A stretch of 64,000 nt of DNA from Stylophora pistillata (Eukaryota): positions 507,927 through 571,926 of the forward strand of contig NW_019217855.1 of NCBI RefSeq assembly GCF_002571385.2, in the 5' to 3' direction. Below the pieces are notes generated by a model. The model did no database searches. It was given only the letters and a program-made list of their open reading frames with translations, and was not told the DNA's origin. The first letter of the stretch is position 1; each line of letters starts with the position of its first letter. Positions 25,557 to 36,092 of this stretch are shown one piece after another. The position numbers and the translations under genes are program-made.

Positions 25557-28500
25557 TTATATCCACTGCAGGTCAGAAAACAAGGCTGGCAGAAATAAAA
25601 ATAGTCCATATAACCAAAACGCCGCGAATACCGGCATCATGAGTTCGCCTTTATCTGCCACGGTTAAAAACGTGATTGCTATTGTGATCCAAATCCACGC
25701 GAAACCTTGGGTGTTGGTGCTTAGAAGAGGACTTGAGAATTTAAGTTGATAAAGAAGAGCTGCCTGGCTTGCTAAACGAAGAACAGCCTGAAATGGAAAA
25801 AACAAACTAACTTTTAAACAAAAAAAGAGACGGTAACAAAGTTCATCAGACTGGCACTACACTTGCGTAGTAGAATAGATTTCCAGACAAAAGCACATAT
25901 CATTAACACGCAATTCTCCTCATGCAATTTGGAATAAACCAACACTTATAAATTTTTTGCACAAGTTCACTGGTCTTTAAAAGAATATGTGTGCTTATCT
26001 ATTCCAAATTGTACTTGAAATCATTTGATCACCCAACAAGTGCTGTAGAAAACTGAGAATGCCAAAATGCTATCAAGTTAAGAAGACTCACCACAATGAA
26101 CACACAGAAGATCACATTCACCATTCCTCTCTGTAACACCTCCTGTTCCAGAGCAGGAAACTCACCAAACAACAAGGCAATAAATGGCAGACATACAACG
26201 CAACTGAAATTTAACAAATAAAGTAGCTCTGGACTTGACGCCTGCAATAGATCAGAAATGACAAACACTAAGCACATTTACTAAGTAAACAATGAACACA
26301 TTCCAGGGGAAAGTGTAAGGATTAAGGCTATCGAGATTCCATGGAAGACGTATTGCATAGTTATAAAAATCTACACATAAGACATAATTTTTTTTTTTTT
26401 GGATAACTAATCCTTTAAACACAAATTTACAAAGTTTATTAATTTATTTTTGATCCAACAAACCACGCTTGAACTAATGAACTACATTGCAGACATGTTC
26501 AACTGCAAATACCCTTTTGTATGCACCATAAAAAAAGTGTCAAAGACCTGCATTTTTACTGTCAGTGACATAGATACATACCTTGGGTAGAAACCGTTTT
26601 GCATGCACAGTAAAAAATGCCAAGGAAGCACTCATCATTAAAGCAAACACTCCATCCCTAAATGACACTTTGTATTCAGCTGGTGAATCTTCGAGTGAGC
26701 AGAAGAGAACCACGAGAAGAGAACATAAAATAACCACAAATATAAGAATCCTGTCACTATAACACTGACGACTGGTCTGCCATGATGCTAGTAGAACCAT
26801 TGCTGGTGTTAGGGCAAGAGATAGCTGAGACAGATAAATGCACAAAATTGGTTATAACGCAACAATTGATTGAATGTCAATCCATATCACAATAAATCAA
26901 ACAATTTCACTTCCATAGGCAGGGCTTGACACTAACTTTTCAACCTACTAGCCAAGTGGCTAGTGACATCTTAGATGTTATGACAATTTCAGTTTGTTTA
27001 CTAGCCAAACTCGCCAGTGGAAATGGAAAACCACCAGCCAAAACTGAATTTCTACTAGTATGTGGCTAGTTGGCTACCTTTAGTATTGAGCCCTGATGGG
27101 CAGGTAGGTTAGGTTAAGTCTGAAGGTGTAGTCTGATCGTCCGGGTGAGTGCAGTCCTGAGAAGGACTGTTGTCGGTGGCAGTGACTGACGTTTCGACAA
27201 CCTGTGCGGAAGTCATCATCAGAGTCAAGTGAGTGATTGTTGTCAGTAGAAGTCCTTCTCAGGACAACAGTCCTTCTCAGGACTGCACTCACCCGGACGA
27301 TCAGACTACACCTTCACATGTTACCCCCGGGTTCAAACCATTTACTGCATTAGGTTAAGTCTGTAATCAATTCAAGTGACCCATTCAGCCACAGCTTCTC
27401 CCAGGTTCTATGGAGTGAAGCAACTAAGAGTTTTGCTAATTCCACCTGGATGAGATGCCAGTTCATTGCAAGGTTACCCCAAGGATTTAATCAGGCTTCC
27501 CAAACAATTTGCCAGTATCTAATAGGCCAACTTAGGTACTTAGTTGCCAAGCCTCTGATTTGGAATGAGGCTGAAGATGACTTTAACATGTCAGAGACCA
27601 GTATCTCATCAGCATGATAACAAAGAAATTTACATTTGAAAAGCAGCATAACTGTATCATAAAAGGTCTCCCTTAGCCTCACTCCTGTTCAAAGGCTTGA
27701 CAATCAAGCACACAAAAATAAAATGGACAAATACACTTCTGGGTGGAGAGAGAGTGGAAAGAAGCTCTGTGAAAGTAAAGTGTTCAGCCTCAGCTGCTAT
27801 AGATTTCCTTGTTAATTGGTTACGAGAATTTGGTGTTCAATCAAGGTAACTTCTACCTGATAAGTTTGAGTATTCTCATTACCTGTTTGCTGGATAGAGT
27901 ATGGATATTGTAGGGAGAAGTTACATGCTAATCACTTCTAGGAGCTAGAGTTAATCAAACAATATGAAGATCATCTCTTCTGGAAAGAGAACAATTTTCT
28001 AAGAGTGAAGCTGAAGGAAAACAATGAGTTTGATATATTCTTTGGGAGGTATGATTACGATTTTCCTCGATTTTATAGGGGGTGTTTGTGGTCATTAGTG
28101 ACATTTTAAAAATGTAGGAGATGACGTGACCTCACTGCAGGTTGAAAGCTCGGAGTTCAAGACCAGGATGAGTTATTGTGTTTTGTTCTTAGCAGCTAGA
28201 GGGGGAGAATTAATGATCAGATCTTGGAAGAATTGGTACAGGTGCATACCATATATGCTGCAGAACCTCCAGATACTTTGAAGTTTGATGAATTAAAATC
28301 TACTGAAAAGGCAGTCACGGTAACTACATGTAAAGAGAGCATGGGGAAAAAATGTCTTGCCTGGCTCCTGAAACTGAAAATACACCATACAAAAAACCTG
28401 TGAGTTTTGAGACAGTATGAAACATACATATTGAACTGAAAAGTCATGGTAAATACAGGTAAACATGTACAAACTCAAGTCACAACTGGTTCAGTTAGAG

Positions 28501-28654
28501 AAATAATTGTTTCTTAGATGCGTATAATTTATATAAATGAATGATGTAATGTTTATGTTGTAGATTTTTAATACTTGTACAGTTTTAGGTTAATTATTGC
28601 TGTAATGCACTTTTGATCACCTGGTATGTTAAAAGGTGCACTATAAATCAATAA

Positions 28655-28687
<33 letters not shown>

Positions 28688-29408
28688 GTGTGTGAAGGTG
28701 CAAATAATTTTTATACCATTCAGAAAGCAAAGAGAAGCAAAAGACCTGTGTAATCTCAGATATTCTGTATTACTTTCAACACTCAATTAGTCTTTCCCCT
28801 CCCCCTGAGCACACTGTTTTCATCACCAACAAATTTTACGTGACACAATATTATTCTTTCAAACAATTCTGCACTTTATGCAGCCAAGTTGATTTTCAAA
28901 TGCTAAGTGAGAATTAAAATTTAAAAACCGCTGCCTACAATCGTTCTTTCGATGAAAACCTCGCCTATGTAAATATTTACCCAAACCAACTGTTCTCTGC
29001 CTTAACTTTCGCTCAATACTGTACCTACCTTCGAATTCGCTTTCTTCCCCAGAACCTGAAGAATAGAGCAATCGAACAACTTTCTAACCAGAAGAAAAAT
29101 ATTGACGCATGGCTGCTTTCGAAAAGCTTAAAATGAAAGATCTTCTCCACGATTAGGGTAACAGTAAATAACACTGTTGATAAAAACGTGTAAATATAGC
29201 TGTGGTCTCTTAGAGTCTTTTTCTTCACAGAGTGTTCGTCGCTATCGTCAGCTCTTGTGTGAACGGTGAAACCACTCCACAACGAGGGAAAATTGTCGAT
29301 ACCTTTATGATTGCTGTGAGAGTTACGATTTGCATGTTCAGGCGTTCTACTTATGATTTCAGAGACATCTTCTCCCGATGATAAAGTTCTTGTTCGAAAA
29401 GATTCCAT
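25557..29408 (-). CDS. SLC35/DMT nucleotide-sugar transporter, GDP-fucose transporter (SLC35C1)-like, 373 aa, 5 exons
   Basis: Exons 29408-29029, 28367-28250, 26824-26582, 26241-26092 and 25787-25557 splice in frame (phases 2,0,0,0). Many hydrophobic helices. ELLYLLNFSCVVCLPFIALLFGE and LYQLKFSSPL resemble SLC35C1 late TM motifs. Confidence 0.8.
26920..27095. mobile_element. hAT5-like MITE, family copy 1 (intron of SLC35-like gene)
   Basis: cagggct...agccctg termini, degenerate 5-bp TSD atagg/atggg. Inverted second copy at 33503-33689. Confidence 0.8.
27120..27348. mobile_element. Penelope-like element remnant with inverted ends and a minus-strand minimal hammerhead core
   Basis: tgaaggtgtagtctgatcgtccgggtgagtgcagtcctgagaaggactg is inverted at ~27268-27317. 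The minus strand at 27183-27227 reads tgact-CTGATGA-tgac...ttgtc-GAAA-cgtc-agtca. Confidence 0.7.
28540..28688 (+). repeat. L2-type 3' tail with (ATT)n microsatellite
   Basis: tgtaatgcacttttgatcac...gcactataaatcaataaa followed by an (att)n run. Confidence 0.6.
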
Positions 29409-29851
29409 TCTCTAAATCTTTAAGAAATCGAAATGATACATTTCATGCAACATAACGGGTGAGAAATGGCGAAATGGATTATGCATTTAGATGGTCACGT
29501 GCCACCACCAGACAACGAGGAAGCTAAGAGAGGATCAAAACAGGGAACCACCAGGGGAACCCTTAGATATATTCTAAATTCAACTTGTTTTGGAATGCTG
29601 GAATGAAGTGACGAAAACAGCCGAAAGAAAAAATTGGACTTATTGAACTTCCCTCAAATCTAATTCTTCTCTCTCCTTGCGGTTTTCTGTTCTTACTTCC
29701 TGCTGCTGTACGAAATATTTCCAAACAGTACCCCTGATGTCATTAAAGAAAATTTATCAGGGAGGGGCTGGGAACGGAACAGTGGTGTTCGATCAAAGAT
29801 GGCGCTCTCAGATTGAGTACCTTCCTTGTCGATATTGACGATCGTTTAGCC
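29409..29851. promoter_or_regulatory. Bidirectional promoter shared by SLC35-like gene and ELMOD3
   Basis: Divergent start codons with only 443 bp between them. YY1-like AAGATGGCG at ~29796 and CACGTG at ~29496. Confidence 0.65.
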
Positions 29852-32800
29852 ATGGCAAGTCTCAAGAACCGGAAGGCCACTCCCGATGATCTTGAAGCAG
29901 AAGCAGAAAAGGCTTTTCAGCGAGCCGCTGCTCAGCAAAATCGAACTGAAGACGATGAGTTCGACCTAGAATTTGAAAGTGTTTTCCAAAATTTTCCGCC
30001 AAACAGAGCTGATGCAAAGTCAGACGGTGCCATTAAGGAGTCGACCGTCAAACAAGAGGTGTCTAACGGTCCTTCTCAGCTTCCAGTGAAGACAGAAGGT
30101 CTGCCTAGTAGTTTGCCTTCAAGTCAAGGGTAAGAGGGAATATTATTCAGCGCGAACTTATCAAGATCAGATACAGTTACCAATATGTGTTTGTTTGTTT
30201 TTTTTGAAGACTTTTGTCAAGGGTCAGTTCATGTATATTTTACTCGCGATGTTGAAGTGTCTGTAAACCGATGGGTGTAAACCAGTCTTAAATGAATCGT
30301 GTTGTGTTTGAAATCGCTCCATGTGTCATCTATGAGCCCACAATCTAATTTTTTTTGGAGATAGTACAGATTCACTCCAGAACAGCGTGAAATAAAAAAA
30401 TGCCCCAGTCTTCTGAGACATTTTATCGGTCTTAGTGTTGATCTTGCGTCACGAATCGAACATTTCATATATGAATAATTATTTGCACAGCATACAGGAC
30501 ATTATGATTCAACTTCTGTTTGTATAAGTGTAAGTACCAAACTTCAAAACCACTGACAACTTGAATTTGAATGTGCTTTTTTTTTTTTTTTTTTACCTCT
30601 ATTAATTTATATATACTTATATTATTTCAAAGGATCCGTGGCCTAGGGTGTACATCTTAATTAATTTAGCCAAGTTTGTCTCGTGCACTGCATTTTAATC
30701 TTCTTCATTGAAAGTGGTATTTGAATGAGCAATAATAAAGAATTCTTCTCAGTAGTCTCCCTTGCAGCCCTTTCTGATGTCGTCACGCAAGCGAAAACTC
30801 CCCCACCAACAGCTGCTCACATTCGAACAACATTCCTTTCCGGAAATTGGCCAATCAGCATTTACTTACCATATTCTGGAAAGCGTTCGCGCCTCGATAA
30901 TTAAACCAATCACAGAGTTCGTATTATCCGAGAGTTGAAACTGACAAAATGAAGATGCTGTCGACTTAGTGCGAGATACTTCTGGTATTGAGAGCTTGAC
31001 ACATCAGAGAGAAGCCATAACAGTCATTATAGAAGAGAGAAGAGATGTTTTTATAAATTTGCCCACAGGATTTGGGCAAACAAAACAGCGATCATTATCT
31101 GATATTTTCTTCGGAGTTTCGATGACATCAGATGCCATCTTTAGAAACTAACGCTAACGCACTTCCTGTGAATTTGCGGGAATAAATATATCGTGTGTTC
31201 ATGGGTTGTTTGTCAGGCAATAACTTTATTTTGATTGGATAACACATTACAATGGGAAAGGAATGTTGTTTGAATGTGAGCAGCCATTGGTGGGGAGTTT
31301 TCACTTGCGTGACGACGCTGGAAAGGGCTGCAAGGGAGACTAGCTTCTCGGTGGAAGAAAAAATTTTTATGTATTCATAACGGGTGTATGCAGGATTTTC
31401 TAATCACAGAGTCCAAGATCGGTCACGTGACATGTCCCAATGATTTATTGTCAATTATCTCTTTTTCTTTGGCAAGAGGGAATTCATATGAATAATAGAA
31501 TGTCCATCCTCAAGATAGAGCTCTTGCCTTTCTACCCCTTTGTTAAGCCTGACTTAACATTTTTTATTTTTTCCAGATCAAGTGTATCGGAATTGAACAG
31601 GTACTCTCCTCGCAAAGAAACTACTAATGATTCTGAAAAGGAATCTGGGTCAATCAGTCCTACCTCAGACCAAATGCGACCTGGTAAACGAAGACGGAGA
31701 TCAGACAAAGATAACATTCCGCCAGGAATTCGGAAGCTGCCTTCACCTCCAACAACACTGGAACAGGCCCAGATGGAGTGGGACTTAGTGGAGACTGTTC
31801 AGCCAGGTATAGTACTCTGTTTGTATAATGTAATTGAAAGCAATGGGCCAGTAATTTTTAGAAAAAGTTAAGCGTAGGCTGAAGTGATATAAGCATGTAT
31901 GGACCTCAAGAATTTGTTAACCTTGGTTTGTAAGAGGGTAGTTTCAAGCTGATAACAATTCTTTTTTCAGTTTTAGCACTTGTAGTCTTTTGTTCACAAA
32001 ACTGAGCATTAAAAGGGAACCGAAGCCTAAAAATGAAGTATTTTTAAATTGCAGCTTATAGTTCAAATAGCAATGTTTGAGGGTCTTTTTCAGTCTTTGG
32101 GCCCAACTTCCCCTCGGAAAAATAGTTTAAAGTGGTATTTTGGCCTCGTAGTAAGGCGGCTCAGAAAAGCGATGTCAGCGGTCATTTTAGCTTGCTCTTA
32201 CGTCACTGGTGGGGAAGAAAGATAATAAACCCGTACTCTTCCTACAGAAATTTTGGTTTGGTTATGGAGTTATGGAAGTTCTGTGACTTGTAATGGGGAT
32301 TAACTACAAAAATGAAATAGTAACAGTTGTTTTTCTTAAGTTGGTTCCCCACCACTGATGTCATAAAGGACCGCTGCTGACCTATTTTGAGCCGATGGTC
32401 TTACAGCCCTAAAAGTGGGAAAAAGGCAACTTCAAATCGAATTTTCTTGTAAAAATCAAGAAGTGAACGGAAATGAATATCGACACTTTATCTTACTCCT
32501 CTAAAGCTAACTAGAAATGAATGCAAACAATATACCAATTTTAGACTTCAGTTCCCCTTTAAACAAATTTTTGGTTTAACTGAATATGGTTCATAATGAA
32601 GTTTCACTTAAGGTCATCTGTAAATTTACATATTCACCCTTGACTGTTGGTTTGCATTAGTCCCACATTGAATTGCTGTCAAATTAATGTTTTTGCTGAA
32701 AAAAACAGGGTTTTTTATACATTTATTTATGACATGAAAGGATTTGAAACTCAGACAGGAAACACTTATGGGTCCTTGTGGTTAACTTGTTGGTCATTTA

Positions 32801-34828
32801 GGCCAACTAGCATTATGAAAAAGTTTGCTAAATACGGATAACAATTATTGAATTTATGAAGTGTTCATAATAAACTCTGGAACCTTTTCTCATAATCACT
32901 CACTGTGTAACATACCTACATGTGTTTTACATGTCTCCCCTTCAAAGTCTGTTTAGTTGATTTTAGAAGATCTGGAAGATTTACCACTTAGAACACTTTT
33001 TCCACCAGGGTTTAGTCCAATGAAATTCTCTTAATTGATCTTTTAAAAGGAAATGGTCAGGCTGGTAGCCGTTCACCGCTTGTCACATTCCAGGATGCTA
33101 TACATCACTTTCAAACAGCTAGTTACCTTGAACAGCATATGTCGCACATCAAACCAACAGTCAAACATCGTGGAATGGCAGCTGTGACTCATAGACTATT
33201 TGGTCCACCAAAAATGAACAACAGCCTTCACTCGGAGCGGAATCTCATTTTTGCTCTTGCTTTGTGTATGTTCAAAAATGATGAGACCATGCATACTCAA
33301 GTGTTACAGACTATCTATAAAAAATTAACAGGCACCAAGCTTGACTGTCCTCGCTATGGAAACCATTGGGAGCTGATTGGTTTTCAAGGTGTGATTGAAA
33401 TTCTATGGATACATGCAAATAAATGAACCCTCTATACCCTAACATCAGCTAGCAAGTTTTCCATACTGAAAGTGACTGACATCTAATTACTCCTTGTAAT
33501 ATCAGGGCTCAACACCAACGGTAGCCCACTAGCCACAGATTAGTAGAAATTCAGTCTTGGCTAGTGGTTTTCAATTTCCACTATTCAGTTTGGCTGGTAA
33601 ACAGACTGAAATTGTCGTAACATCGAAAAACATCTTAAGATGTCACTAGCCACTTGGCTAGTAAGTTGAAAAGTTAGTGTCGAGCCCTGAATATCACTCC
33701 GGAATCAAACATTAAGGTCTCGAGAATAAAGGAAATGATCACCAACTAGAGAATCTCTTGATTGTTGAGCAAATTCTCCTTGTCAGCATCTTAGAAATTG
33801 TATAGAGAACAGTTTGGAGAATATGCATACTGATGTTAGGGTGTAAAGGGTTATGTACAGCAGTTGTGCTGCGTTTTGAACTATTTTGCAGACCACTGAA
33901 TTATTGCAGTAACGTTTTACTTCACTGTCATATTTTATAGGTCTTGATCCTGCAACAGATCTCAGAGGTTGTGGTTTTCTAGGCTTATTGACAACGCTGT
34001 ATTTGGTGACTGAGCAGCGTACGCATGCGCTGGCTTTGGATATCTATAAGCTCTCCCAACACGAAACACAGAACTTTCCATTTTCCATCATGTCCATAAA
34101 CATCACCAGGATTGCTCTTCAAACTCTAAGAGAGGAGAAGTTAAATAAGTATGCACCTCCCGCTTCCAGTATTGCGTTTTTGTATACTGCAAATTGCGTT
34201 ACGTACGTTGCGTTATATACGTTGCTAGCTTTTGACTGACAACAATGTACGTTGCTATTAGCCGTGTGAGCTAGGAGATTTTGGTTTTGTGCGAGTTTGA
34301 CAAATTGCGTTTCGGTGAAGACAAGTGTAATTTTCAAACAATCAAGGCGATTAAGTTCGTCAGCTCGACAAAGCAAGCTCAAATGCCTCTATCTTGAATC
34401 TTTATCTGGGCAGCAGAGGGGCGTCCTTTTACGTTTTATCATCTGTAAGAGACACGCGCCATTGCTGTGCCACTTTTAAATGACTCCACCTTTTTCTTTA
34501 CAGGGAATGCAACCGCCGCCGTCAGGTTCTGAACGTTTTTGTCGAATTCTACGCTGCCATTTTCATCCATGTCTACCAGGTTTGGAAACATCAACACAAG
34601 ACTATCAGTGAGTCAGGGTTTGTACTCAGGGAAGCAGAGAAACTCGCCAAAAAGCGACCTCGTGAACTGCATAGAAACCTGGAACGAGCGCTAGCGGATC
34701 GTCAGGGTTTGGTCAAAGTCGACGAGGACAACGTTTCTCCGAAGGCGAAACAGTCCGACATACTTGATAAGTTCGCTGGGGTATGTGATCTACAGGTGGA
34801 TGAAGAGGAGGAAGTTCATCTAGTGTAG
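29852..34828 (+). CDS. ELMOD3: ELMO domain-containing protein 3 (ARL GAP), 459 aa, 5 exons
   Basis: Exons 29852-30129, 31577-31806, 33050-33388, 33941-34148 and 34504-34828 are in frame. Motifs [44 protein letters not shown] and WKHQHKTISESGFVL match ELMOD3. Confidence 0.92.
30753..31342 (+). mobile_element. Non-autonomous AcademH-like DNA transposon with RecQ-helicase fragment
   Basis: ~88-bp TIR tagtctcccttgcagccctttc... / ...gaaagggctgcaagggagacta. 9-bp degenerate TSD tcttctcag/gcttctcgg. Internal peptide QREAITVIIEERRDVFINLPTGFGQ resembles RecQ motif 0/I. Confidence 0.75.
32013..32558. mobile_element. Kolobok-like MITE (TTAA TSD)
   Basis: ttaa|aagggaaccgaagcctaaaaatg ... caattttagacttcagttcccct|ttaa. 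Confidence 0.75.
33426..33853. mobile_element. AACCCT...AGGGTT coral MITE carrying a nested hAT5-like MITE (33503-33689, perfect AATAT TSD)
   Basis: Host termini aaccctctataccctaacatcag / ctgatgttagggtgtaaagggtt. Nested cagggct...agccctg flanked by aatat. Related host copies at ~23980, ~27790, ~40105, ~46315, ~51530 and ~53480. Confidence 0.8.
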
Positions 34829-35709
34829 TGTTTGAGCAGCCAATGAGAAGTGAGAGAAAAGCGGGAAATCGCGAATGGCCGAGACGCGATTGGTCGAGGG
34901 AATGTCAGTGCGCAGTGAAACAAAACAAATAGAAATCTTGGATTTCTTTCGACACTCAACTGTGCACTGCTCGAGGAGCTTTTCTTGACGAAGGTTTCGA
35001 ATTTAGCATTCTCATCTGGTCGTGGGACTCCAAACGAGTAATGTTAGTCCTCTACTGAACGTTCAAGTTCCAACAAGAGAATTGTAGTATTTATTTAAAC
35101 TAAGAAGTGCTACTTGAATAGGTTCAACATGTATAGAAATCAGTCGAGTATTATTAAAGTGACCCTACAGAAGGAACTCTACTCTTCCATTTTGTGTTTG
35201 TATATGTTTGCTTTTGATTTTTGTTGGTTTTTGTGTTTCTTTTTTTGGGGGTTCTTCTGTTTTGCTTTATATATTTTTGTGTCAGGCAGTTTTGTCAAAG
35301 TGGGGAGCTGTTCAAAGATTGATAACTCCGACACTTTTCTTCCCCAATTCCCTCAGCCCTCTGCTTTGAATCACATATCACACACAATTGGAGATTATCC
35401 TTTGCATTTTTTGCAAAGTACTGTAAGACCGTAACCAGGGCATGTTGAATGAAAGAATGCATAATTGAGAAATTTTTATCAAAGCACATTTTGGAGCAGA
35501 CTTTGTTTTTGTTTTCTGAAATTTTAGAGGCACGATTCCGTGGTAATATCAGCGTAGCTGAGTCATCTAGAAAAAAAACTTAGTCCCTCAAAGAAAGGAC
35601 TTTGGAATTTCGTAGTGACATTGATATCAGTCACTTCTAATTAATCATTTATATTTAATTTCTGAAGATGAATGAATATCAAAGCCTCTGCTCATTAAGA
35701 TCCAGTGTG

Positions 35710-36092
35710 GAACTGTTCAATACTACCCGCGTAAAAATAGATGTAACCTGTAAACATCTTTATTTGAATAGTATTAAATATACTAATCAGTAGTTTCACT
35801 AGCAACCTTTGTGGCTTCCCTTGGTGTTGATGTATGGGATCCCATGAAAATGGGTTTCCACTCCACTGATGACCACTCATCCCCACCCTTAGATACGCTT
35901 TGTTCCTTTTTTACCCACTGATCGCGAGATTGCTTATCGGTGGAGTGGAAACCCATTTTCATGGGATCCCATATATCAACACCAAGGGAAGCCACGAAGG
36001 TTGCTAGTGAAACTACTGATTAATATATTTAATACTATACAAACGAACTGTTCAATACTACCTGTGTAAAAATAGATGTAACCTGTAAACAT
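35710..36092. repeat. Foldback element (108-bp inverted arms) flanked by 48-bp direct repeats
   Basis: Direct repeats at 35710-35757 and 36045-36092 (2 mismatches). Inverted arms at 35763-35870 and 35936-36043. Confidence 0.85.
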
